A stretch of 64,000 nucleotides of DNA, taken from IMG/VR virus record IMGVR_UViG_3300047558_000077, positions 64,001 through 128,000 of that record, one strand, 5' to 3'. The DNA comes from a virus. The notes beneath the pieces are model-generated. The model saw only the letters and a list, made by a program, of their open reading frames with translations, made no database searches and had not been told where the DNA came from. This document shows positions 48,550-58,858 of the stretch, in pieces. A program made the translations under genes and the position numbers. Each line of letters starts with the position of its first letter. The stretch's first letter is position 1.

Positions 48550-48870
48550 ATGATCACGAAACGCAAGAAGCGGTCCGACCGCAATCACATAATCTACAGC
48601 TTGACTGTAAAGGGTCAGGAATATATCGGTGTTACCCATGTCGAAAACGGCAAGGTTAACAAGTCTTTGGACCGTCGCTGGCGCAAGCATGTCGGTCGTG
48701 CGATGACCGAAGGTAAACTGTGGAAATTGTGCGTGGCTATTCGTAAGCATGGACCTGACAATTTCACTGTCGGCGTTCTGGAAATTGTGCGTGGTAAGTC
48801 TGCGGCTCATATACGTGAGCGGGAACTTATCCGTGAACGTAAGCCTAAACTTAACTCGGATGTGCGCTAA
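48550..48870 (+). CDS. GIY-YIG-like protein
   Basis: IIY...YIGVT...RW..H...E. Confidence 0.65.
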   Translation: MITKRKKRSDRNHIIYSLTVKGQEYIGVTHVENGKVNKSLDRRWRKHVGRAMTEGKLWKLCVAIRKHGPDNFTVGVLEIVRGKSAAHIRERELIRERKPKLNSDVR

Positions 48871-49109
48871 TGTCTACAACCTTCAATGATCTTATTGGTA
48901 TGCATGACCTTGACCAGAAGGTGATTGTAAAAAAGGCCTTAGAGAGCCTTACGCCCAGAATGCAATTTGTCGTCATTCGTCGGTTTTTTCAGAACCAGAC
49001 CTTGTCGTCAATCGCTGAGGAAATTGGTCTATCTGAGGCTAGACTATATCAAATTGAACGCAAAGCCCTATGCAGCCTAAAGCGTGGCTTTAGGCGAAAC
49101 AAAATCTGA
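48870..49109 (+). CDS. sigma70 region 4-like HTH protein
   Basis: LESLTPR...V...RF....TL..IA..IGLS..R.YQIE.KAL. Confidence 0.75.
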   Translation: MSTTFNDLIGMHDLDQKVIVKKALESLTPRMQFVVIRRFFQNQTLSSIAEEIGLSEARLYQIERKALCSLKRGFRRNKI

Positions 49110-49111
49110 GG

Positions 49112-49168
49112 TGCGACAACCTGTCGCATATGTTTACAGTTGACTCTTCCATTCCGCTGTGCTAATAT
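49112..49168 (+). promoter_or_regulatory. boxed early promoter
   Basis: TGCGACAACCTGTCGCA, 11 nt, TTGACT-17-TAATAT. Confidence 0.75.
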
Positions 49169-49626
49169 ATTCCCATAATGATGAAAGGAACAAATATGTC
49201 TAACGCTCGCTTCGCTCCCAAGAACCCCAACGGCAAAGATACTGCTAACATTTTTGCGCTTATTCGCTGGCACGAAAATGGTGGTAAAATCACCAAAGTG
49301 AAATCGTCCAAGCGTCCGAAGCGTGGTTATACTGTCGGTAAATCTGTCAAAACGGGAGATAAGTGATGGAAGTTTTCGTCCTGATGAGCCATATCCTCTA
49401 TGAATGCGACGAGTTGCTGGGCGTCTACCACAATGAATCGGACGCCGAGTTTGCCCGTGATGAATATAAACGAGAAAACGAAGATCATATGTTCGATCAA
49501 TTTAGCATTGAACGCCGTGTAATCGGTGCTGCGGCTCGGGCAGATTGGGAGACAGATAATGTCTGATATCGTTCTGTTTATTGTGCTATTCGGTATGCCT
49601 ATATCCCTGGGCCTTATTGCTATTCT

Positions 49627-49763
49627 CTCGGAGGACTAATATGACAGAACAGGAAATCACCAAGCACAATAACCGCAATTCTGAACATCAGCTTATTTGG
49701 CATGGTGTTTGCGTTTGGATCTATTCTGAATATCTGAATGGATAACTCGGAGGACTAATATGA
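49627..49763 (+). repeat. 18-nt direct repeat (RBS+start) flanking a 34-codon ORF
   Basis: CTCGGAGGACTAATATGA at 49627 and 49746. Confidence 0.7.
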
Positions 49764-50405
49764 TTGATCGTGATGCCTTAATAGCCGCAATATATGATCG
49801 TTATCTTGTTATAGGTAACTATTGGTGGTGTATTGATGATGTGCCCGACTTTTTAGATGATGTTATGTCCGATGGTCACTATGATAATATATCTTTTGAT
49901 CAGATAGTTGTCATGGTTTCCGATTATATGTATGATTGCGACTAAGGAGAATGAAATGATCGATAATTCTAAAACGGTTCAGTTTGTGGCACTAACGGTA
50001 ATGTCACTAGCATTGGTGTTCGGTGTTTATCTGATTTATCTTCTGGATGGAGGCATCTAATGGAGTTTACTCTCTTCAAGGCTCTAATGATTATTATGTT
50101 TATTCTCACGGCTGTTGGCATGGCATATAATGCTAAAATCATGAATGATTGTATTGATAGTGGCAGTCCAAAAAGCCAGGCGTGTTTCAAGTATAATGTA
50201 ATCAATAACAACATGCATAATCTCAACCTGAACGTAGATAATGGAGAATGAAAATGGCTAATGTGAAGACCTATAACCTTTCTATTCATCTGAAAGGTAA
50301 TCGCACTCTCACTTTTCGTGGCATTTCTCGTGTAGCGGTTGAACGATATCGCAAGCACTATGAAATCCAAATGGACTATATTTCCGCATCGGTGGAGAAT
50401 CGTTA

Positions 50406-51629
50406 ATGTCTTATCAGTTCGTGCAAGGTCGTGGTGCGCCGCTCAAGATGTGGTGCGAAGGTGTTGAGGTCGAGGACGATGCTCGTACCCAGTTAGAGAA
50501 CATAGCGTCCTTGCCGTTCGTGTATAAGCATGTGGCGGTGATGCCGGATGTTCACTTGGGTAAGGGTGCTACGGTTGGTTCGGTTATCGCTACCAAGGGT
50601 GCGGTAGTTCCGGCGGCTGTTGGTGTTGATATCGGTTGCGGTATGATGGCAGTTCGGTTGTCTCTAAAGGCAAACGACTTGCCGGACAATCTTGCTTCGC
50701 TTCGTTCTCATATCGAGTCCGTAGTGCCGCATGGTCGCACGGACAACGGCGGTAAGAACGACAAGGGAACGTGGCTTGACCGCATTCCGAACTCGGCTTC
50801 AAATGCTTGGTTGTCTTTGTGTAGCCGTTATGATGCTATAGTGGCAAAGCACCCGAAGATTGCGTCTCATAAGACTTTTGAGTTTATGGGCACTCTCGGC
50901 ACGGGCAACCACTTTATCGAGTTGTGTCTGGACGAGGACGATTATGTGTGGGTAATGCTACACTCTGGTTCTCGTGGTGTAGGTAACAAGATCGGTCAGT
51001 ATTTCATCGAGGCTGCTCGCAAGGAGATGGAGCGATATCATATCCTGCCGTATCTGCCGGATAAGGACTTGTCCTATTTGGTAGAGCATACCACGCTATT
51101 CGATGATTATGTTGAAGCAGTATCCTGGGCACAGGAGTTTGCTGCTCTCAACCGTCAGGTGATGATGGATGCGGTGCTTGATGTTCTGCGTCAGCGTTTG
51201 CCGTCGTTTGTCGTGTCTGATGAAAAGGCTGTGAACTGCCACCACAACTATATCTCCAAGGAAAACCACTTTGGAGAAAATGTGTTTGTGACCCGTAAGG
51301 GTGCGGTTCGTGCCCGTGAAGGCGATCTTGGTATCATACCGGGTTCTATGGGCACGGGTTCGTTTATCGTTCGTGGTCTTGGTAATCAGGAGTCGTTTTG
51401 TTCGTGTTCTCATGGTGCTGGTCGTCGTATGTCCCGCAATGCGGCTCGTAAGGCTATCACGCTAGATGATCATATCAAGGCGACCGAGGGTATTGAGTGC
51501 CGTAAGGACGTAGATGTGATTGACGAATCGCCGGCTGCTTACAAGGATATCGGTGCGGTCATGGCTGCACAGGATGACCTTGTTGAGATTGTCCACCGAT
51601 TGCGTCAGGTTCTAAACGTAAAGGGATAA
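50406..51629 (+). CDS. rtcB: RtcB RNA ligase
   Basis: MPDVH, VGVDIGCG, GTLGTGNHF, LHSGSRG, HHN, PGSMG, SHGAGR, DE.P.AYK. Confidence 0.96.
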   Translation: MSYQFVQGRGAPLKMWCEGVEVEDDARTQLENIASLPFVYKHVAVMPDVHLGKGATVGSVIATKGAVVPAAVGVDIGCGMMAVRLSLKANDLPDNLASLRSHIESVVPHGRTDNGGKNDKGTWLDRIPNSASNAWLSLCSRYDAIVAKHPKIASHKTFEFMGTLGTGNHFIELCLDEDDYVWVMLHSGSRGVGNKIGQYFIEAARKEMERYHILPYLPDKDLSYLVEHTTLFDDYVEAVSWAQEFAALNRQVMMDAVLDVLRQRLPSFVVSDEKAVNCHHNYISKENHFGENVFVTRKGAVRAREGDLGIIPGSMGTGSFIVRGLGNQESFCSCSHGAGRRMSRNAARKAITLDDHIKATEGIECRKDVDVIDESPAAYKDIGAVMAAQDDLVEIVHRLRQVLNVKG

Positions 51630-51907
51630 AAATGAAACGCAAGAATGTAAACCCAGTGGCTAAGGCGTTACGTCTTGGTGTATGTAAACCTAAGGTGATT
51701 GTAGACAGGAAAACTGTATACAATCGCAAAAGGCTACCAAAACTATAGACTATAGTGACTTGGTGTTCTAATATCTCAAAAATACCCCTTCAAGGGCAAC
51801 CATGCCCTGTCCGAAAAATCGATAGGAAGCACCAGGAGACTTTTCACGGTCTTCTGGTGCTATAGTCTCTTCCAGACCTCAAAACTCTCCTGGCGTCTCC
51901 TGGAGAT

Positions 51908-52007
51908 TGTAAACAGTCTACCAACTCTATAGACTTTAGGTGCGACATCCTGTCGCACCTGTTGACATACGATTTCTCTTGCTTCTTCCGTTCCGTTGTG
52001 CTACTAT
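51908..52007 (+). promoter_or_regulatory. boxed early promoter with branched inverted-repeat element
   Basis: box 51941-51957, TTGCTT 51979, TACTAT 52002. Confidence 0.7.
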
Positions 52008-52033
52008 ATCCGCATAATGTTGAAAGGAACAAA

Positions 52034-52675
52034 ATGATCAATCTCTCCAAGGCCTCTAAAATGCCTGCTAAGTCCTGGTCGCTTCAAGCGGGTTCGACCT
52101 GTCCGGGTTCTATCGATCCCGTTACCAAGCAGCCGCTTCCTGTTTGTGCGGGTTGTTATGCAAAAGATGGCATGTATAATATGCCAAACGTCAAGTCGGT
52201 TCGTGACGCTAATCGAGAAGATTGGAAGCGTGCCGAATGGGTCGATGAAATGGTTGCTTTGCTTAAAAAGCAAAAGTATTTCCGTTGGTTCGACTCGGGA
52301 GACGTTTATCATCCGGCTCTTGCTTTCAAAATCTTTCTGGTTATGCAAAAGACTCCGCATGTGAAGCATTGGCTTCCTACCAAGTCTTATAACATTCCGA
52401 AGATCCGTGCTATTCTTGATCAGATGAAAATGCTTCCGAATGCATCTGTTCGATATTCGTCTCCGTCTATTACGGGTGAATTTAATAGCGAACATGGCTC
52501 CACTGTTATCGCATATGCCGATGATGAAACGACCGCTACGGTCTGTGGTGCTTATTCTCGGAATGGCAAGTGTGGCGATTGCCGTGCTTGCTGGGATACG
52601 AATGTTAAGGTTGTCGCTTATCCCGCACATGGTCGTCGTATGATGTCCAAAGTCCGTAAAATGAAAGCAGCCTAA
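52034..52675 (+). CDS. GP88-family Cys-rich protein
   Basis: SKMP..SW...CPG...C..CYA, FRWFDSGD, WLPT, CGDCRACW. Confidence 0.75.
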   Translation: MINLSKASKMPAKSWSLQAGSTCPGSIDPVTKQPLPVCAGCYAKDGMYNMPNVKSVRDANREDWKRAEWVDEMVALLKKQKYFRWFDSGDVYHPALAFKIFLVMQKTPHVKHWLPTKSYNIPKIRAILDQMKMLPNASVRYSSPSITGEFNSEHGSTVIAYADDETTATVCGAYSRNGKCGDCRACWDTNVKVVAYPAHGRRMMSKVRKMKAA

Positions 52676-53331
52676 GGAGGATTAATATGTCACGCATATC
52701 TGATCTGATTATTCAAGCAGAGAACCTCGTTATTGAGGCTATGGGCGTTTCGGGTATTATGACCGACCGTGATGTTCTCGAATATGTAAATGACCGTATG
52801 CCTATTTACGTCGATATGCATTTTGTCGAGAGTGTCCTTGACAAGTATTTCGGCGATGACTGGTATGGCGGCGATATTCGCTCTTATAATTGAGGTGATG
52901 AAATGTCGTGTAGATGGCATTCATTCTATGAAAATGGACGCCTAAGGATTTATCTTTCCCATGAATCGCTCGAAGACCTGGAAAATAGTCTTTGTCAAGG
53001 TTTCTTTGTAGCATACGGCACTTCGCCGAATGGCGGTCCGTCAGATTGTATCTGGTATGTGCCTAACACCATAATGCAACAGGAAGGAATTTTCGCTTAT
53101 GAAAACCCGAGAATATACCAACAAGATTATCGAAATGGTCGATGAAGGTCTAATCGATCGGGATATTCTTATTCGTGATCTTCTAAACTATATGTCCGAG
53201 TCCGATGTTGAAAACTTTTATGACCAGTATTATGGTTATGAGGACGAGGACGATGAATTGGATGATGGTCAGCCGTCGGAAATGGACGAATGGCACGACT
53301 ATGACCCAGGATGCTGACTGTAAACGAGAGA

Positions 53332-53432
53332 ATGTCAACAGTCTACCGACTTTATAGAATATGGATGCGTCACCCTGTCGCACCTGTTGACATACCTTTT
53401 CGCTTGCAATCTGTCCTTACTTGTGTTATCCT
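53332..53432 (+). promoter_or_regulatory. boxed early promoter with branched inverted-repeat element
   Basis: box 53366-53382, TTGCAA 53404, TATCCT 53427. Confidence 0.7.
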
Positions 53433-53462
53433 TAGTCATCAAATCGAAACAGGAGTTTTAAT

Positions 53463-54005
53463 ATGCCCCGTACCGCTCAATCTAATGGTATCAAACCCTA
53501 CCTGCGTGCCCTTGCCGTTATCAAGCTCGGTGTTCCTGTGACCCCGACCGAGATTAACGAGCATGTTGGCACCGGTGACTATGCTGCAAAGTATATCTCT
53601 TTTCTTCGCAATCGCAACGGCTTCGAGTTTACCATTCAGAAAGATGGTCGCAAGGTCGTTTCTTATACCTTGATCAAGGAACCGGCTGATGCCGAGGCCT
53701 TGCGTAATCTAATGCCAAAGGCCGCTAAGTCTAAGGCGCCTAAGGTTGCTAAGACTTCTGCTCCCAAGGTCGTGGTTGCTCCTGCTCCTAAGGCTGCTAA
53801 GACTAAAGCGCCTAAGAAGGTTGCGGCTAAGAAGTCTGTTGCCGATATCAAGGCAGCTAATCTTGCTAAACTCAAGGCAGTTGGTCAGCGTTTCAAGGCT
53901 GATCAGGTTCAGGTTCTGACCGAAGCGCCTGCGTCCACTTCGTTTAGCATTGACAACGACTGGGACTCGGTCGAAGGTCTTGACCTCAAGAACCTCATTG
54001 GATAA
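53463..54005 (+). CDS. putative DNA-binding protein: winged-helix-like domain + K/A/P-rich tail
   Basis: helical N-domain with YISFLR..G, then APKAAK repeats. Confidence 0.5.
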   Translation: MPRTAQSNGIKPYLRALAVIKLGVPVTPTEINEHVGTGDYAAKYISFLRNRNGFEFTIQKDGRKVVSYTLIKEPADAEALRNLMPKAAKSKAPKVAKTSAPKVVVAPAPKAAKTKAPKKVAAKKSVADIKAANLAKLKAVGQRFKADQVQVLTEAPASTSFSIDNDWDSVEGLDLKNLIG

Positions 54006-54281
54006 GGAGTGCTAATATGGCATATGTTCGTATTGATATGGACGACATTGAAACAGAGGATTTGGTCGAGGAACTGGAGGATCGTGGTTATACTATGATT
54101 GAGCCTGGTGGTGAACATGAAAATGTAGAAACAATCAAGCGCATGGAAGATGATATCTATAATCTCTATCGTGATTATGTTCAATGGGCAGGTAATAAGT
54201 CGTCTTGTAGTTCCTTCGAGAGTGCCATAAAACGCTTCTTTGAGAAGCATACTAATAAGATTGTATCCTAAGGAGAAACAA

Positions 54282-54644
54282 ATGGCCCGTCTCAAAATCA
54301 AATATAAAAATACTCTGGTTTTGCGTGGGTCAAATGTTTATGTGCCTGATCATAGCGTATATGTCGGTCGTGTCGTAAAGCCACGGCCGTCTTGGCTTTC
54401 CAAAGACGAATTTCTTTTCACCACTGGTGATATTGACTCGCCTGTCCGTATTCTTGATAAGAAAAACATTATTGAGGCGTGGGTGTCACATAAGAATGTT
54501 GATGATGGTGTGACACTTGTTCCTGGTGAAAAGCGACCGTATGTTGTGACTCGTGGTCCATTCGGTCGTTATTCGTGTAACTGTACCGCATATGGCTATC
54601 GGCAGCGGTGTTCTCATATTGATGGAGTGAAACATGGGTCTTGA
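54282..54644 (+). CDS. SWIM zinc-finger protein
   Basis: CNC.A...RQRCSH. Confidence 0.65.
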   Translation: MARLKIKYKNTLVLRGSNVYVPDHSVYVGRVVKPRPSWLSKDEFLFTTGDIDSPVRILDKKNIIEAWVSHKNVDDGVTLVPGEKRPYVVTRGPFGRYSCNCTAYGYRQRCSHIDGVKHGS

Positions 54645-55065
54645 TATGAATCTTTATGGTGAAAAGATTATTTGTGGTTCGGAGGCGGCCCCGGAGGCAG
54701 CCCTCGAAGATGGATTTCCTCTTTCATCTAAAATTCTTGACTTGGGATATTGGCGTAAACATCCCAATCTTCATGGTTACATCGTTGATACTTTCGCTGA
54801 TGGTAAAGACGAATGCCAGCGTATTTATTTGGACGAGAATGAACTCCAAAAGATCATAGAAGCATTAGAAAACGATGCTATCTATGATGAACCTGTTACG
54901 GGTTTCTTCTTCGGCAAATCTTACTTTCCTGGTGAGAAAGATGAATATAGTTCTTATGAAGAACAGAAGTCCCGTGATATAGATATCTTCACAAAGGCAC
55001 TCAATTGGATTCAGAATAATCCTTCTAAAGAGTGGCGAAATCTGTATTATCAGGCATCGTGGTGA
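54634..55065 (+). CDS. conserved phage hypothetical protein
   Basis: MGLDM, YWRK..LH, GFFFG, YYQASW. Confidence 0.65.
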   Translation: MGLDMNLYGEKIICGSEAAPEAALEDGFPLSSKILDLGYWRKHPNLHGYIVDTFADGKDECQRIYLDENELQKIIEALENDAIYDEPVTGFFFGKSYFPGEKDEYSSYEEQKSRDIDIFTKALNWIQNNPSKEWRNLYYQASW

Positions 55066-56046
55066 TAATATGTGGGACATTCACTGGATATGGAACCCTC
55101 GACATTGGGCGGTTCATAAAGTAACAAGATTCAATGGCGGCCGCCCCTATGAAAGTTATAGATTCGGTCCACTGTTTATCAGGAGATTTTGGAAATGAAA
55201 ATACACAATGAAAGTTCCTGGCTAAACTGTGATGGCATCGCCATGGCAGAAAAGATGTATAATGCCAAGTATGTGTTCGAGTCCTGCTTAAAGACGAAAG
55301 ATGGTGGTTGGTGTAATATGCCAGTCGCTATCTTCTATACTGAAAAGGCCCACCCAGAAGGTTCAAACTATTTTGGATTGTATCGCACAGACTATGGTGA
55401 TCTAATGATCACAGACGGTATCTCTGCTACCGAACCATTTGATGCTTTACAGGTAGGTGAAGATATTATCTATTCTCGTTATCGTCACGATTGTCGTGAG
55501 TTTAATGGTGCGATGGTTGATGGTGGTCGAGATTACTTCAAGACCAATATGAAGGGCACTCCTGTCAAACTACAGGTTGTTGGTGATCATTTGGAGGTGG
55601 TGAAATGAAGATTAAACATTCAGTTGAATTAGACTTCGATTCTGTTAGTGAATTGATTCGTAAAAGTCTAATGTATGATTATGAAATCAATAGCAAACCT
55701 GATAAATTTGATTGTTCAGATGATGTTATTGAACCGGATCATGAGTTTCTAAGATGTTTAGAAGTTGTGATTCAGTATTATTGTAGTTGTTCTCAGTTCG
55801 AAGAATGGAAAAAGAATAGATAACCGATTATCATGGAGCTCCTGAATCATCGCTAATTATTTGGCTTCATGATGCCCATGATAGAAACCCTTTAAGGAGA
55901 AAGTAAATGAAACTGGCATGGCTTTGCTATCATCTAATAGAGAACACTGGAAAACTGGAATACGATAAACCTGAAATTCTGTTCTATGAACCAGACCGTT
56001 ATCTTTATGATAAGGTTGTTCCAATCGTATATGCGGAGATTGTAGA

Positions 56047-57177
56047 ATGAAAACCACCCAGAAACTTTACAAGATTGACTCCAACGGTAATGCTCGTGTC
56101 TGGTGGATGGAGTATGACAATACCAAGTATCGCACTCATTCAGGTATCGATGGTGGCAAGATTGTAGTTTCTGGTTGGAAGTATCCAGAGGCCAAGAATG
56201 TCGGTCGTGCTAATGAAACATCTGTGAAGGAGCAGGTTGAGTTAGAGGTTATTTCTCAACTCACTAAAAAGTCCGCACAAGGCAAGTATCACGCCAGCAA
56301 GAATACTGCCGCTAAGGGTGCCAAGTTCTATGAATGTATGCTGGCATCAAAGTATGATCCCAAGAAGCATAAGAACTTTCCCTATTACTCGCAGCCTAAA
56401 CTAGATGGCATTCGCTGTCTGGTTTCAAAGGACGGTATGCAGTCTCGCAATGGCAAGCCTATTCTTTCTTGCCCGCATATTCTTGAGGCGCTTGAACCGT
56501 TCTTTGACAAGTATCCTGATGTTGTGCTTGACGGTGAACTGTATAATCACGACCTGAAAAACGACTTTGAAAAGATTGTGTCTCTTGTTCGCAAGACTAA
56601 GCCAACCACCCACGATTATATCGAGGCATCTAAACTGGTTCAGTATCATATCTATGACTGTATGACAGACTATGATTTTGCTGGTCGTAATCAGATGATA
56701 GCGGATATATTCGAGACATTTGATTCAAAGTATAGAAAAGAGAACGATCCTATTGGTAGAGTGAATACTACTGTAGTTGAAAATGAACACGACATTGAAA
56801 CAATGCTTGGTCATTATCTTGAACAAGGTTACGAAGGTCAAATGCTTCGTGTTCCTAACTCTCTGTATGAAGGCAAGCGTTCAAAAGGACTTATCAAGCA
56901 TAAAGAGTTTGAGGATGACGAGTTTGAAATCGTCTCTATTGAAGAAGGCAAAGGTAACTGGGCAGGTGCTGCCAAGCGTGTTGAAATCCGTTTGAAAGAC
57001 GGAACGACACAGTTTTCGGGAGTGCGTGGCTCGTTTGACTTTCTGAAAGAACTGCTGTATAATGCTAATGATTATATCGGTACGGATGTTACCGTGAGAT
57101 ATCAGAACAAAACGGACGATAACAAACTCCGTTTCCCTGTGATCGTTACATTCTGGAAAGGTAAGCGTGATGTCTAA
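56047..57177 (+). CDS. ATP-dependent DNA ligase
   Basis: KLDGIR, DGELY, EGQM, KHK, RFP. Confidence 0.93.
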   Translation: MKTTQKLYKIDSNGNARVWWMEYDNTKYRTHSGIDGGKIVVSGWKYPEAKNVGRANETSVKEQVELEVISQLTKKSAQGKYHASKNTAAKGAKFYECMLASKYDPKKHKNFPYYSQPKLDGIRCLVSKDGMQSRNGKPILSCPHILEALEPFFDKYPDVVLDGELYNHDLKNDFEKIVSLVRKTKPTTHDYIEASKLVQYHIYDCMTDYDFAGRNQMIADIFETFDSKYRKENDPIGRVNTTVVENEHDIETMLGHYLEQGYEGQMLRVPNSLYEGKRSKGLIKHKEFEDDEFEIVSIEEGKGNWAGAAKRVEIRLKDGTTQFSGVRGSFDFLKELLYNANDYIGTDVTVRYQNKTDDNKLRFPVIVTFWKGKRDV

Positions 57178-57748
57178 GGACATTGTTTACTACAAACTGG
57201 TAAAAGAAACCATTCCTCATAATCCTAATGCTTTTGTAACTGCTGCTGTTTGGTCGTGTGTCCTTTGTGACGAAACTATTAGCGGTCACAGTGGACCTGG
57301 TTCTGGTGAGATTTGTGTGCAATGTGCCGTTGATATTCGCTCAAATAAACTAAAATATAAGCGTGACCTATGACCGAGATTAGAAAGATTGACATTGAAC
57401 TGGATGAACGTGTGGAGACTGGTCCTCTCCAGTTTGGTGATGACTGGCCCGGCTTATTTATTCGTGGTGATAATGCCGCTTACTATGCCATGGTGCTTCG
57501 TTACCATCTTGATGGTGGTCGTGATGATATCTTTGGTAAAATGGCACTAGAAAGACTCTATAAAGACCTATCAGGGTGTATAGTGAAATGATTACCGACT
57601 ATATGAGACAGATAGCATATAACGAAGGATATAAAGCATACATCGATAACTTTGATTGTAGGGATAATCCATATGAAGGTAATAGTGATGAGTTATATTA
57701 TATGTGGGATGATGGTTGGTGGGATGCTTTTTACGAGGATGAAGCACG

Positions 57749-58291
57749 ATGAACATTTTCTATATCCATACTGACCCTAAAATGTGTGCCGAGTGGGCAG
57801 TGGATAGCCATTGTGTAAAAATGATTTTAGAGGCGAGCCAGTTGCTGTCTACCGCACATCGTTTGCTCGACGGTGTAGAGTATACCGATAAGACTAAGAC
57901 TGGTCGCAATGTAAAGCGTTGGCGTTTGCCTGATTCCAGAGAAACTGTATTATACTCCGCAACTCATGTGTCGCACCCATCGGCTGTGTGGGCTCGGGAG
58001 AATGCCCGCAACTATGGATGGCTATGGTGTTATCTAGATGAACATTGTAAAGAATACACCTATCGTTATGGTAAGATTCACAAGGTTGAAGAAAGTGGTC
58101 TAAAAGGCACACTTGCTCTTACACCGAATAACATTCCTAATAAAGACTTTACACAACCTCCAAGTGCGATGGATACTAAATACATCATATCAGAAGATGC
58201 GGTAAAGAACTATCGCAACTACTACAAGGTTGGCAAAGCGCATCTTCACAAGTGGCGCAATCGACAGCCACCAGCATGGATTATGGAGTGA
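57749..58291 (+). CDS. pyrimidine-dimer DNA glycosylase/endonuclease V-like protein
   Basis: MNIF...D.H.VKMILE..QLLST, HPS..W, EYTYRYGK.H. Confidence 0.75.
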   Translation: MNIFYIHTDPKMCAEWAVDSHCVKMILEASQLLSTAHRLLDGVEYTDKTKTGRNVKRWRLPDSRETVLYSATHVSHPSAVWARENARNYGWLWCYLDEHCKEYTYRYGKIHKVEESGLKGTLALTPNNIPNKDFTQPPSAMDTKYIISEDAVKNYRNYYKVGKAHLHKWRNRQPPAWIME

Positions 58292-58293
58292 CA

Positions 58294-58485
58294 ATGCCAA
58301 CATATAGTTTTCACAACAAAGAAACAGGAGAAGAGTTTGACATTTTCATGTCAATCTCCGAATTAGACAAGTATCTAGAAGACCATCCTGAGCTTGAAAA
58401 GCTATTGTCTGCACCTCATTTTTTAGGCGCTCAAATGAATGGCGGTTTGCTAAATAACAGAACATATGATCCAAAGGGTAAGTGA
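58294..58485 (+). CDS. FmdB-like small protein (Cys-less)
   Basis: MPTYSF.NKETGE. Confidence 0.6.
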   Translation: MPTYSFHNKETGEEFDIFMSISELDKYLEDHPELEKLLSAPHFLGAQMNGGLLNNRTYDPKGK

Positions 58486-58749
58486 ATGCCATATTATACG
58501 TTTCGCAATAAAAAGACTAATGAAGAAATGACTGTCCAGATGACTATGGCAGAACATGATACATATCTAAATGACAAGCCTGATTGGGAACAGGTTATTC
58601 GTGCTGTCAACTTTGCTGATCCTGTGACCATAGGCGTCACCAAACCTCCGTCCGATTTTCAGAAGTATGTGCTTGGTCGTGTCAAAGAAAAGATGCCAGG
58701 CGCTACTGCTATTGCTAACAAGCGTTGGGACATTCCCAAGGAGATTTAG
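58486..58749 (+). CDS. FmdB-like small protein (Cys-less), tandem paralog
   Basis: MPYYTF.NKKTNE. Confidence 0.6.
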   Translation: MPYYTFRNKKTNEEMTVQMTMAEHDTYLNDKPDWEQVIRAVNFADPVTIGVTKPPSDFQKYVLGRVKEKMPGATAIANKRWDIPKEI

Positions 58750-58780
58750 CCTGTCAGAAGATCAACCTTCCAGAAAGTTT

Positions 58781-58817
58781 AGAGGTCGTGCCCGTAAAAA
58801 GGCATCGACCTCTTTTT
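58781..58817 (+). terminator. rho-independent terminator
   Basis: AGAGGTCG...CGACCTCT plus T-run. Confidence 0.65.
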
Positions 58818-58858
58818 GTTATGATGATGTGACTAACAATAACAAAAAAGGTCAATAT

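Noticed and set aside
48870-49109. Full phage sigma factor (gp55)
   Set aside because: Only 79 aa, region 4 only
52004-52630. 208-aa minus-strand ORF (and similar antisense ORFs such as 22449..23030, 45904..46383)
   Set aside because: Antisense to motif-supported + strand genes, no recognisable motifs
55829-55884. Hairpin TATCATGG...CCATGATA in intergenic gap
   Set aside because: Single AT-rich imperfect stem with no repeat or family support; too weak to call
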